The notes below the pieces were generated by a model that saw only the letters and a program-made list of their open reading frames with translations, searched no databases and was not told where the DNA came from. From Gemmatimonadetes bacterium 13_1_20CM_4_69_16 (GTDB lineage Bacteria > Gemmatimonadota > Gemmatimonadetes > Gemmatimonadales > GWC2-71-9), in assembly GCA_001919865.1 (NCBI GenBank), contig MNIR01000058.1:15430-79429 (forward strand): a DNA stretch of 64,000 nt, given 5' to 3'. Position numbers and translations under genes: made by a program. Shown one piece after another: positions 10,803 to 19,853 of this stretch. Numbering within the stretch: position 1 is the stretch's first letter; every line of letters begins with the position of its first letter.

Positions 10803-11945
10803 ATGCACTCCCGTCTCGCCAAGCCGGTCCTGGCCGCGCTGCTCATCGCCCCGCTCGCCGCGTCGGACCCGGGCCGCGCCTCCCCCGCCGCCCGCGCCAC
10901 CCTCGACAACGGCCTGGCGCGCACTCCTCCCATGGGGTGGAACAGCTGGAACCATTTCGGCTGCAACGTGAGCGAGCAGCTCATCAAGGAAACGGCGGAC
11001 GCGATCGTGGCCAGCGGAATGCGCGACGCCGCCGGCGCCCTAGTCGCCGACTCCACCCGCTTTCCGCACGGCATCAAGACGCTGGCGGACTACGTCCACG
11101 CCAAGGGCTTGGGATTCGGGATCTACACCGACGCGGGGACCAACACGTGTCAGCGCCGGCCGGGGACCTACGGTCACGAGGACCAGGATGCCCGCAGCTT
11201 CGCCGCCTGGGGCGTGGACTACGTGAAGGAAGACTGGTGTCACGCGGAGCACCTCGACGCGCCGACCCAGTACGCCAAATTCCGCGACGCGCTCGCCAAG
11301 GCGGGCCGGCCGATCGTCTTCAGCATCTGCGAATGGGGGTCGAACCAGCCGTGGGAGTGGGCGCCGCAGATCGGTAACCTGTGGCGCACGACCGGCGACA
11401 TCCAAGACAAGTGGTCGTCCATGCTGTCTCTGCTGGATGTCTCGTCGCAGCACGCCAGCGTCGCCCATCCCGGCGCATGGAACGACCCCGATATGCTGGA
11501 GGTGGGGAACGGTGGCATGACGGACGACGAGTACCGCGCCCACTTCAGCCTCTGGGCCATTATGGCGGCGCCGCTCATGGCCGGCAACGATGTCCGTGCC
11601 ATGTCCACCGCGACGCGTGACATCCTGACCAACCCCGAGGTGATCGCCGTGGATCAGGACTCGCTCGGAGTGCAGGGGATGCTCGTGCGGGAGGGCCCGC
11701 CCGCGCTCCAGGTCTGGGCGAAGCCGCTCAAGGACGGTGCGCGCGCCGTGGCGTTGCTCAACCGGGGCGACACGTCGGCCACGGTCACCGCGCGCTTTGA
11801 CCGACTCGGCATCCGCACCGATTCGGCGGCGGTGCGCGATCTGTGGACCCGCGCCGATCGCGGAGCGTTCAAGCGCGAGTACGGCGCGACCGTGCCGTCG
11901 CACGGCGTCGTGCTGCTGCGGATCGCGCCGATCCGAACACCGTAG
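10803..11945 (+). CDS. Alpha-galactosidase (GH27) with apparent in-frame deletion of the IDDCW segment
   Basis: TPPMGWNSWN, DYVKEDWC, WRTTGDI, WNDPDMLEVG present; GYxYxxIDDCW absent. Confidence 0.88.
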   Translation: MHSRLAKPVLAALLIAPLAASDPGRASPAARATLDNGLARTPPMGWNSWNHFGCNVSEQLIKETADAIVASGMRDAAGALVADSTRFPHGIKTLADYVHAKGLGFGIYTDAGTNTCQRRPGTYGHEDQDARSFAAWGVDYVKEDWCHAEHLDAPTQYAKFRDALAKAGRPIVFSICEWGSNQPWEWAPQIGNLWRTTGDIQDKWSSMLSLLDVSSQHASVAHPGAWNDPDMLEVGNGGMTDDEYRAHFSLWAIMAAPLMAGNDVRAMSTATRDILTNPEVIAVDQDSLGVQGMLVREGPPALQVWAKPLKDGARAVALLNRGDTSATVTARFDRLGIRTDSAAVRDLWTRADRGAFKREYGATVPSHGVVLLRIAPIRTP

Positions 11946-12023
11946 ACCCCGGCTCACCTCTTGCCCTTCCGGCAGCGTGAGCCAGTTTAGAACCCGTCCC
12001 ACGAGACCGGGAGACACCCTGGC

Positions 12024-13871
12024 ATGACACTCCACTGGGTCGACTACGCCATCATGCTGCTGTACTTCGCGTTCGTGCTCGGCATCGGCGCGATGTTGCG
12101 ACGCTACGTGCACACCAGCGAGGACTTCTTTCTTTCGGGTCGTTCGATCCCCGCCTGGGTGACCGGGCTCGCGTTCATCTCGGCGAACCTCGGTGCGCAG
12201 GAGGTCATCGGCATGGGCGCGTCGGGCGCCAAGTACGGCATCGCGACGAGCCACTTCTACTGGGTGGGCGCCATTCCCGCCATGGTGTTCGTCGGCCTGT
12301 TCATGATGCCGTTCTACTACGGCTCACGTGCCCGCTCCGTCCCCGAGTACCTGAAGCTGCGGTTCGACGAGAAGACCCGGGCCGTGAACGCCATATCGTT
12401 CGCCGTCATGACGGTGTTCTCGTCCGGCATTTCGCTGTACGCGATGGGGAAGCTGCTCAATCTGCTGCTGGGGTGGAGCTTCGACGCCAGCATCCTCGTC
12501 GCCGGCGGTATCGTGCTCGGGTACATCTTCTTGGGCGGCCTCACCAGCGCCATCTACAACGAGGTGTTGCAGTTCTTCCTCATCGTGTTCGGCTTCGCCC
12601 CGCTGGTGTTCCTGGGACTGCGCGACGTGGGCGGCTGGACCGGCCTCTCGGCGCGGCTGGCCGAGCACGCGACGGCGACCGGCTTCGCGGCCGGCGCTTA
12701 CACCCGGAGCTGGGCCTTCATGGGGAACGCGTCCGCAAACCCCGTGGGCGTGGAGTGGTTCGGGCTGGTCATGGGCCTGGGCTTCGTGCTGTCGTTCGGG
12801 TACTGGTGCACCGACTTCCTGGTGGTGCAACGCGCCATGGCGGCGAACTCGATGACCGCCGCCCGCCGCACGCCGCTCATCGCCGCGCTGCCCAAGATGT
12901 GCTTTCCGTTCCTCGTGATCCTCCCCGGCATGCTCGCCCTGGTGGTGAGCGCGTCGAGCGGGGTGCGGCCCCGCCCCCCGCTCGAGGGCGCGCCCGCCGT
13001 GTCGGCGACCGCGGCCGCCGCCCCGGCCGCCCCGGCCCCCGGCGATCCCGCGCCGGCTTCCCTCCCCCCGGCGCGAGGCATCGTCCCGCCGAAGATCGAT
13101 GCGCGCACCGGCCAGCCGGTGCTCGACGCGCGTGGCCGCGTGGTTCTCGACTACGACCTCGCCACGCCGATGATGCTGGTGCACTTCTTCCCCGCGGGGC
13201 TGCTCGGGCTCGGGCTCACGGCGCTGCTCGCCTCGTTCATGTCGGGGATGGCCGGGAACGTGACCGCCTTCAACACCGTGTGGACCTACGACCTGTACCA
13301 GAGCTACGTGCGGCCCGGCGCGGCGGACTCGCATTACCTCGCGATGGGCCGCTTCGCCACGGTGTTCGGCGTCGCGATCTCGATCGCGGCAGCCTACGTC
13401 GCGGCCTCGTTCAACAACATCATGGACTTCCTGCAGCTCGTGTTCGCGTTCGTGAACGCGCCGCTGTTCGCGACCTTCGCGCTCGGGATGTTCTGGCCGC
13501 GCGCCACCGGACACGGGGCGTTCACCGGACTCCTGTCCGGCACCCTCGCCGCGGCGGTGCATCACGGGATCTCACTCCCCGCGGGTGCGCACGTCGGCGT
13601 GAAGGGCGGCTACCTCGGCGTCCTGACCACCTATCCGAGCGAGCTGGCGCAGACGTTCTGGACGGCGATCGCGGCGTGGGTCACCTGCTTTGTGGTCACG
13701 ATCGTCGTGAGCTCGTTCACTCAGCCCCGTCCCGCGGAAGCACTGCGCGGTCTCGTGTACGGGCTGACGCCCAAGCCCACCGACGACGTGAAGCAGTGGT
13801 ACGAGCGACCCGGCACGCTGGCGGTGATCGTGCTGACGCTGACGCTCGCCTTGAACCTGATCTTCTTCTAG
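12024..13871 (+). CDS. Sodium:solute symporter (sugar)
   Basis: DFFLSGRS, SVPEYLKLRFD, YWCTDFLVVQR; many TM segments. Confidence 0.93.
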   Translation: MTLHWVDYAIMLLYFAFVLGIGAMLRRYVHTSEDFFLSGRSIPAWVTGLAFISANLGAQEVIGMGASGAKYGIATSHFYWVGAIPAMVFVGLFMMPFYYGSRARSVPEYLKLRFDEKTRAVNAISFAVMTVFSSGISLYAMGKLLNLLLGWSFDASILVAGGIVLGYIFLGGLTSAIYNEVLQFFLIVFGFAPLVFLGLRDVGGWTGLSARLAEHATATGFAAGAYTRSWAFMGNASANPVGVEWFGLVMGLGFVLSFGYWCTDFLVVQRAMAANSMTAARRTPLIAALPKMCFPFLVILPGMLALVVSASSGVRPRPPLEGAPAVSATAAAAPAAPAPGDPAPASLPPARGIVPPKIDARTGQPVLDARGRVVLDYDLATPMMLVHFFPAGLLGLGLTALLASFMSGMAGNVTAFNTVWTYDLYQSYVRPGAADSHYLAMGRFATVFGVAISIAAAYVAASFNNIMDFLQLVFAFVNAPLFATFALGMFWPRATGHGAFTGLLSGTLAAAVHHGISLPAGAHVGVKGGYLGVLTTYPSELAQTFWTAIAAWVTCFVVTIVVSSFTQPRPAEALRGLVYGLTPKPTDDVKQWYERPGTLAVIVLTLTLALNLIFF

Positions 13872-13884
13872 CCCAGGAGGCGGC

Positions 13885-14097
13885 GTGGGAATCGATCTGC
13901 GATTGCCGGTAGGGACGTTGTTCGCGTTGCTCGGCCTGCTGCTCACCGTGTACGGCGCCGCAACGCGCGGCCAACCGGGCACCGAGCCGACGGGGGTGCC
14001 GATCAACCTGATCTGGGGCGTGGTCCTCGTCGCGTTCGGGCTGTGGATGCTGCTGCTCGCGCGCCGCGCGCGGCGCGCCCCGTCGTCGACGCCCTGA
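13885..14097 (+). CDS. Small two-TM membrane protein associated with the SSS transporter
   Basis: AGGAGG RBS; DLRLPVG...INLIWG; two hydrophobic helices. Confidence 0.75.
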   Translation: MGIDLRLPVGTLFALLGLLLTVYGAATRGQPGTEPTGVPINLIWGVVLVAFGLWMLLLARRARRAPSSTP

Positions 14098-14153
14098 CGC
14101 CACATGGGCGCCGCGCGTACCTTGAAGCAGAGGCCATTCCCAGGAGGCACGAG

Positions 14154-14735
14154 ATGAGACGTCTTGCTGTCGCGCTCGCCGTACCGCTGTTCGCCGGCAT
14201 CGCCGCGCCCGCGGCGCGGGCGCAGGAAGCGCCCAAGGAGCCGGAACCGCTGCAGGTCGGCGCACCAGCGCCCGACTTCATGCTGACGGGCGCCACGCGC
14301 TACGGGACGCTCAGGAATCCGATCCACCTGAGCGATTTCAAGGGAAAAACGGTCGTCCTCGCTTTCTTCTATAAGGCGCGAACCAAGGGCTGAACGGTGC
14401 AAATGCATGCGTACCGTGATCAGTACGCACAGTTGTTCCGCGACGGCCGCAACGTCGTCCTCATCGCCATCAGCGTCGATCCGGCGGACACCCTCGCGGC
14501 GTGGGCCCGGGACGACGAGTTCCAGTACCTGTTTGCGAGCGACACCGGGGGCGTGGTCGGCAAGACGTACGGCGCCCGTAACACCAAGTATGGGCTCGAC
14601 AACCGCAACCTCTTCGTGGTGGGCCCGGACGGGAAGATCTCGTACCGGGCGGTCCCGTTCCGGGAGATCGACCCGACGGCGTACAAGGAGCTGGGCGCGG
14701 CGATAGACCGGGTGGCGCCCAAACCGGGGGAGTAG
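14154..14735 (+). CDS. Exported peroxiredoxin (AhpC/TSA, BCP-like), probable selenoprotein with Sec at TGA 14391-14393
   Basis: Signal peptide; VGAPAPDF...VVLAFFYKARTKG-TGA-TVQM...ISVD...RNLFVVGPDGKI in one frame; hairpin immediately after the TGA. Confidence 0.8.
14394..14418 (+). promoter_or_regulatory. Candidate SECIS-like stem-loop
   Basis: ACGGU-GCA-(AAUGCA)-UGC-GU-ACCGU directly after the in-frame UGA. Confidence 0.55.
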
Positions 14736-15236
14736 CTAGTCGCCGAGCAGCCGCTGCAGCACTGCCGCGACGTCCTGCTCGGCGCCGGCGCCGGTATACA
14801 CGACCTTGCCGGCGCGATCCAGCACCACGATGTACGACGTGGTCGGCGCTTGGTACGCCCGCACCGCCGCTCCGTCCGCGTCGTACAGCACCGGGAATGG
14901 CAGGGGGTCCGCCGCGAGGTGGCGTTTGATCGACGCCGGCGTTTCGTTCACGGCGACGGCGACGGCGACGAACGTAACCTTGTCGCCGTACTTGACGTGC
15001 GCCGCCTTGAGCGATGGCTCGAGCGCCTTGCACAGCGGGCACCAGGTGGCCCAGAACTCCAGCAGCACCGGTCGTTTCCCAACGTACTGCCCCAGGTCCA
15101 CCGATTTCCCGTCAAGATCCTGCAGCTGCGCGGCGGGGGCCCGCGTTCCGATGGGCAGGCCGACGTCCTGCCCCACCAGGGCGCCCGGGACGGCGAGCGC
15201 GCAAGCCGTCGCCAGGACCAGCAATCGTGTCGTCAC
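14736..15236 (-). CDS. TlpA/ResA-like thioredoxin family disulfide reductase
   Basis: EFWATWCPLC; signal peptide; GTG start overlaps the ccdA stop. Confidence 0.88.
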   Translation of the reverse strand: MTTRLLVLATACALAVPGALVGQDVGLPIGTRAPAAQLQDLDGKSVDLGQYVGKRPVLLEFWATWCPLCKALEPSLKAAHVKYGDKVTFVAVAVAVNETPASIKRHLAADPLPFPVLYDADGAAVRAYQAPTTSYIVVLDRAGKVVYTGAGAEQDVAAVLQRLLGD

Positions 15237-15955
15237 AGGACTTGTCCCATCTGTACGAAGTAGTACTCCGCCATCGCGAGGAGTGCCACGCCCGCGACCT
15301 TCTTGATCCACAGCGTCCAGGACCCGGCCTGGGGGAGCGCCGCCAGCGTGCCTGAGAACAGTCCGACGACGACCAGCAGCGCCGTCATGCCGAGCGAGAA
15401 CACGAACAGATAAATGAAGCCCAGCGTCGCACTCCGCGTCGTTGCCACCCACGTGAGCACCGCCGCGAATGCCGGCGCGCCGCACGGCGCCGCGACGATA
15501 CCCGAGGTAGCGCCCAGCAGGAACACACCCGAGTACGACCCCCCTGTGAGGCGTCCGGCCCACTGCAGCAGACGTTGCGGCGCGGACACGGGAAACACGT
15601 CCAGCATGGCAAGGCCGAACACGAGCAGCAGGTTCCCGATCACGAATCGGGCCCACGGGCTCGCGCTCACCGTGCCGAACAGCGAGCCGCTGAGGCCTGC
15701 GACCAGACCGAGAATGGCGTAGAACAGCGCCAGACCCGAGACGTACGCCAGCGTGAGCTTCGCCGCGCGCGCGCGCGAGGTCTGTCCCGCGCCGGTACCC
15801 GCGAGGATACCCGCGGTGATCGGGATCATTGGGTAGATGCACGGCGTGAGGCTGGTGACGAGCCCCGCGCCGAACAACGTGACGAGGGCGAGGAGCGGGT
15901 TGTGCGCCAGCGCCCCGCCCAGGTCCACAACGACGAGCAACAGGCCGAGGGTCAA
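15233..15955 (-). CDS. ccdA: CcdA/DsbD-type transmembrane electron transporter
   Basis: SLTPCIYPMIP and AAPCGAP motifs; about six TM helices. Confidence 0.85.
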   Translation of the reverse strand: MTLGLLLVVVDLGGALAHNPLLALVTLFGAGLVTSLTPCIYPMIPITAGILAGTGAGQTSRARAAKLTLAYVSGLALFYAILGLVAGLSGSLFGTVSASPWARFVIGNLLLVFGLAMLDVFPVSAPQRLLQWAGRLTGGSYSGVFLLGATSGIVAAPCGAPAFAAVLTWVATTRSATLGFIYLFVFSLGMTALLVVVGLFSGTLAALPQAGSWTLWIKKVAGVALLAMAEYYFVQMGQVL

Positions 15956-15961
15956 CGTCCG

Positions 15962-17311
15962 CTACAAGCTCCACCCCGACCGATAATGCGGGTGGATGTA
16001 TTCCTCGGGGACGCTCACATTCGTCACCTGCCCGTTCTCAGGATTAATCTCCAGCGCCCGGCCCAGCCGCACGGCCAGGCAGCCGAGCAGTACCATGGAC
16101 GTTAGCCCGCCGGCATGACCGTCGAATGTCGAGCCGGCCGGCGCTCCGCCCTTGCACGCCGCGATCCACTCGGCGTACACGCCCTGTGAGCGCGGGTACT
16201 TCGGCTGTTGCGCCGGCGGGGGGGGATCACCGCTCGCGACGCCCTGCTTCGCGGCCGTGAGCAGCTTGGGGTCGTCTCCGTACGTGCCCGCGGTGAGCTT
16301 GCCGTCGCTCCCGATCCATAGTTGCCCACCGCCCCTGTCGAACGGCCAACCCGCGTCGTCCGCGACCTCGACCGGTCGCGGTGGGTAGAGGCTGCCGTCG
16401 CGCCACACCACCTTCACTTCGGGGCGCTTTCCTTTCGCCGCGAAGCTGTAGCTGATGCGCGAACCGGCCGGCGCCGTCTCCTTGAAGAGCGGCGTGGACT
16501 CGGCCTCGATGCGCGTGGGGTAGCCGAGATCGAGCGTCCAGTAGGCGGCGTCCATGATGTGGCAGGCCATGTCGCCCAGCGCGCCGGTGCCGAAATCCCA
16601 GAAGCCGCGCCACTTGAACGGCGCGTACGCCGGGTGATACGGCCGCTCCGGCGCGGGCCCGAGCCAGAGGTTCCAGTCGAGCGTGGCAGGCGCGTAGTAC
16701 TCTTCCAGCGGCCGGTCGATCGCCTGCGGCCAGATCGGCCGATTGGTCCAGAAATGCACCTCGCGCACCGTCCCGATCGCGCCGGCCTCGACCAACTCGC
16801 GGATCTGGCGCGTGCCATCGCGCGCGTGGCCCTGGTTCCCCATCTGGGTCATGATCTTGGGGTGACTACGCGCGTAGTCCGCCAACACTCGCACCTCGCC
16901 CATGGTCCGCGCCAGCGGCTTCTGAATGTAGGTGTGCTTCCCCGCCTTCATCGCAAGCATTCCGGCCGCGGCGTGCGAATGGTCGGGCGTGGTCACGGTC
17001 ACCGCGTCGATGCTCTTCGCCTCGCGGTCGAACATCTCGCGATAGTCCTTGTAGCGTTTCGCCTTGGGATAGGTCTGGAACGCGTCTTCAGCGCTCTTCC
17101 AATCCACGTCGCACAGCGCGTAGAGGTTCTCGCCTTCCATGCCCCGCACGTCGCTGCGGCCCATGCCGCCCACGCCGATGCACGCGACGTTGAGCTTGTC
17201 GCTCGGCGCCCGATAGCCCCGCCCCAGGACGTGCCGTGGCACGATGGTGAACGCCAGGCCGCTGCCTACCCCGCCGATGAATTTCCGTCTCGAGATGCGT
17301 TTGCGTGCCAT
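15962..17311 (-). CDS. Gfo/Idh/MocA oxidoreductase (Tat)
   Basis: SRRKFIG, CIGVGGMG, TPDHSH, TQMGNQG, GALGDMACH. Confidence 0.9.
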   Translation of the reverse strand: MARKRISRRKFIGGVGSGLAFTIVPRHVLGRGYRAPSDKLNVACIGVGGMGRSDVRGMEGENLYALCDVDWKSAEDAFQTYPKAKRYKDYREMFDREAKSIDAVTVTTPDHSHAAAGMLAMKAGKHTYIQKPLARTMGEVRVLADYARSHPKIMTQMGNQGHARDGTRQIRELVEAGAIGTVREVHFWTNRPIWPQAIDRPLEEYYAPATLDWNLWLGPAPERPYHPAYAPFKWRGFWDFGTGALGDMACHIMDAAYWTLDLGYPTRIEAESTPLFKETAPAGSRISYSFAAKGKRPEVKVVWRDGSLYPPRPVEVADDAGWPFDRGGGQLWIGSDGKLTAGTYGDDPKLLTAAKQGVASGDPPPPAQQPKYPRSQGVYAEWIAACKGGAPAGSTFDGHAGGLTSMVLLGCLAVRLGRALEINPENGQVTNVSVPEEYIHPHYRSGWSL

Positions 17312-17323
17312 GATGGACCCTCC

Positions 17324-18559
17324 TCAGTCGGCCGCCACGGGGTGGGGCGCACGCGCGCCCCCCGGGCGAAACAGCGCTGCGAATAGAAGCAGGACGACCG
17401 CGGCGAACCCGGCGGGCAGCACCCAGAAGCTGGGCCAACGCTCGAGGGTCAGCCCAGCGGCGCCGCCGAGCAGCCGGTTGTACACGTTGCCGGCCACCTG
17501 TGCGCCGATGAGCATGCCGATGCCGTAGGTGACCAGCACGAGGAATCCCTGCGCCTGGCCGCGAACCGCGGGCGTGGACTTCTTGTCGACGTAGATCTGA
17601 CCGGTCACGAAAAAGAAGTCGTAGCAGACGCCGTGGAGCAGGATACCGATGATGATGAGCGAGAACACCGCAGCCGGCGCCGCGATCGCAAAGAGAGCAT
17701 ACCGCAGGACCCAGGCGGCCATGCCCACCATCAGCATCCACTTCACCCCGAGCCGCACAAAAAAGACCGGCATCAGCAGCATAAAGATGACTTCGGACAT
17801 CTGACCGAGCGACTGCGTCGCCGCGATCTTTTTGACGCCGGCGTCGCCCAGGAAGATCTGGGTGAAGTTGTAGTAGGCCGCCAGCGGGATGCACAACAAG
17901 AGCGAGGCGGCAATGAAGACGTAGAAGGCGCGGTCGCCGAGCTGTGTCAGCGCGTCGAGCCCGACGATACTGCGCAGCGAGACCCGCTGCCCCGCACCCG
18001 GCGGCGGCGTGTGCGGCAGGGTGAAGCTGTAGAGGCCGAGCAGCACGCTGGCTCCGGCGGCGGTGTAGATCGGCAGCGCGGTCTGTTCCGGGACGGCCGC
18101 CATGAGGCCGCCCAGCACGAGGCTGATGAACAGCCCGGCCACGATCCAGCCGATGGTGCCGAAGACTCGGATCAGGGGAAACTGTTTCTCCTGTGACTGG
18201 ATGTGGTGGAACGCCAGGCTGTTGGCGAGGCCGAGGGTCGGCATGTAGCACAGGTTGTAGAACAGCAGAAGCAGGATGAACACCACGGGCGCGCCCGTGG
18301 CCCGCGGCACGGCGAACATCACCACGCCGCCCAGCAGGTGGAGCATGCCCAGCACCTTCTCGGTCGCGAAGTAGCGGTCGGCGACGAGTCCCAGGAAGAA
18401 CGGCGCCACGATGGCCGCGATCGGGTTCACCGTGTAGGGCCAGTGCGTCAGGGTCTCCATGCCGTGGTGGGTCATGTACACCGCGATCGTCGTGTACCAC
18501 GCGCCCCAGATGAAGAACTGCAGGAACATCATCGTCGACAGTCTAGCTCGGACGGTCAC
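17324..18559 (-). CDS. MFS nucleoside-permease-like transporter (NupG family)
   Basis: MMFLQFFIWGAW, RVFGTIGWI, LHGVCYDFFFV. Confidence 0.9.
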   Translation of the reverse strand: MTVRARLSTMMFLQFFIWGAWYTTIAVYMTHHGMETLTHWPYTVNPIAAIVAPFFLGLVADRYFATEKVLGMLHLLGGVVMFAVPRATGAPVVFILLLLFYNLCYMPTLGLANSLAFHHIQSQEKQFPLIRVFGTIGWIVAGLFISLVLGGLMAAVPEQTALPIYTAAGASVLLGLYSFTLPHTPPPGAGQRVSLRSIVGLDALTQLGDRAFYVFIAASLLLCIPLAAYYNFTQIFLGDAGVKKIAATQSLGQMSEVIFMLLMPVFFVRLGVKWMLMVGMAAWVLRYALFAIAAPAAVFSLIIIGILLHGVCYDFFFVTGQIYVDKKSTPAVRGQAQGFLVLVTYGIGMLIGAQVAGNVYNRLLGGAAGLTLERWPSFWVLPAGFAAVVLLLFAALFRPGGARAPHPVAAD

Positions 18560-19299
18560 GGCAGCACCCGGATCTTGATGCTGCGGAAGGCCACGCGGAA
18601 CTCATGCTCCTGCAAGCCGATGTACCCCTCGGCGTTACGTCCGTAGCGCGGGTGAGAGGCGAACTTGCTCGCTTTCACCTTGGCCTCCCAATCCGGGCTC
18701 CCGAACTCGTACTCGACGATCTTCACCCCGTTGAGCCAATGCTCGACGTGTTTCCCATTCACCACGAGGCGTACCTGGTTCCACTGACCCGCGGGCTTCA
18801 CGACCCCGGCAGGCGAGGGATAGATGCCGTAGGCGGACCCGGCCGCCGTGAGGCGGGACTGCCCGTCTGCATGCCCCGAGTCATCCAACACCTGCATCTC
18901 GGGCCCGCTCCAATAGATGGCGTTGTCGTCCGGATCCTCGCTCGCGCGGTAGAAGATCCCGCTGTTGCCGCCGGGCGCCACGTTCCATTCGAGCGACAGC
19001 TCGAAGTTCTTGAACTTCTCCGTTGTGATGATGTCTGCCGCGGGCCGCACCCGGGTGAGCGCACCCTCTCTGACCCCCCACCCCGACGGGATCGTGTCCA
19101 TCTTCCACCCCCGCCAGCCGAGGGTGGAATGACCGTCGAACAGCAGCTTCCAGCCCGCAGCGCGCTCCTCCGGGGTCAACGTGTTGAGCGGCGCGCGTGC
19201 GCTCGTCGCGCCGGCCTGCTGCGCCACGGCGCCCGGCGCGACCAAGCACGCCCCTGCAAGGCACGCCCACAGCAGACTCATCGCCGTCAGGTGCTTCAC
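18556..19299 (-). CDS. DUF1080 / 3-keto-disaccharide hydrolase family protein
   Basis: GWKLLFDG, GNSGIFY, PEMQVLD, VEHWLNG; GAGGAGG RBS before GTG. Confidence 0.88.
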   Translation of the reverse strand: MKHLTAMSLLWACLAGACLVAPGAVAQQAGATSARAPLNTLTPEERAAGWKLLFDGHSTLGWRGWKMDTIPSGWGVREGALTRVRPAADIITTEKFKNFELSLEWNVAPGGNSGIFYRASEDPDDNAIYWSGPEMQVLDDSGHADGQSRLTAAGSAYGIYPSPAGVVKPAGQWNQVRLVVNGKHVEHWLNGVKIVEYEFGSPDWEAKVKASKFASHPRYGRNAEGYIGLQEHEFRVAFRSIKIRVLP

Positions 19300-19394
19300 G
19301 TCGTCCTCCTCTCGCTTTGGGGGAAATCGGGCTCCAACGCTACGCCGGCTCCGCGTGTCAGGTAAGTTCGGGCGCAAAGGCCGTGCCCGGAAGA

Positions 19395-19853
19395 TCAGTC
19401 CGGGAGGCCGGCCAACTCCTTCAGGCGCGTCTGGACCGCTCGCCGGGCGCGCTCGCTTCGGTGAATGACGAGAATCGCATCGTCGCCCGCAATGGTGCCG
19501 ATGATCTCCTCCCACCCGGCGCCGTCGATCGCCAGGGCCAGCGCCTGCGCGCCCCCCGCGGGTGTCTTGACGACGAGCAGCGGTCCGACGCCGTCCAGGG
19601 ACACCAGCATCGCGGGGAGGACCTGTTCCAGGTGGGGACGAATCCCGGGGCCGCTCTCGAGCGGCGGTGCGTAGTGCGAGCCCCCGTCCGGGGCGGCGAC
19701 CTTCGCGAGGCCGAGATCGCGGATGTCGCGCGACAGGGTCGCCTGGGTCACGTCGAAGCCCTCGGCCTTGAGCCGCTCGCGCAGCTGTTCCTGGCTCGCG
19801 ACCTTGTCGGAACGCACAATCTTCAGAATCGCGGCGTGCCGCTGGGTTTTCAT
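19395..19853 (-). CDS. argR: Arginine repressor
   Basis: SQEQL, VTQATLSRDI, GTIAGDD. Confidence 0.93.
   Translation of the reverse strand: MKTQRHAAILKIVRSDKVASQEQLRERLKAEGFDVTQATLSRDIRDLGLAKVAAPDGGSHYAPPLESGPGIRPHLEQVLPAMLVSLDGVGPLLVVKTPAGGAQALALAIDGAGWEEIIGTIAGDDAILVIHRSERARRAVQTRLKELAGLPD

Noticed and set aside
12950-13150. Pro/Ala-rich insert in the SSS transporter
   Set aside because: In-frame low-complexity loop with no intein or mobile-element hallmark.
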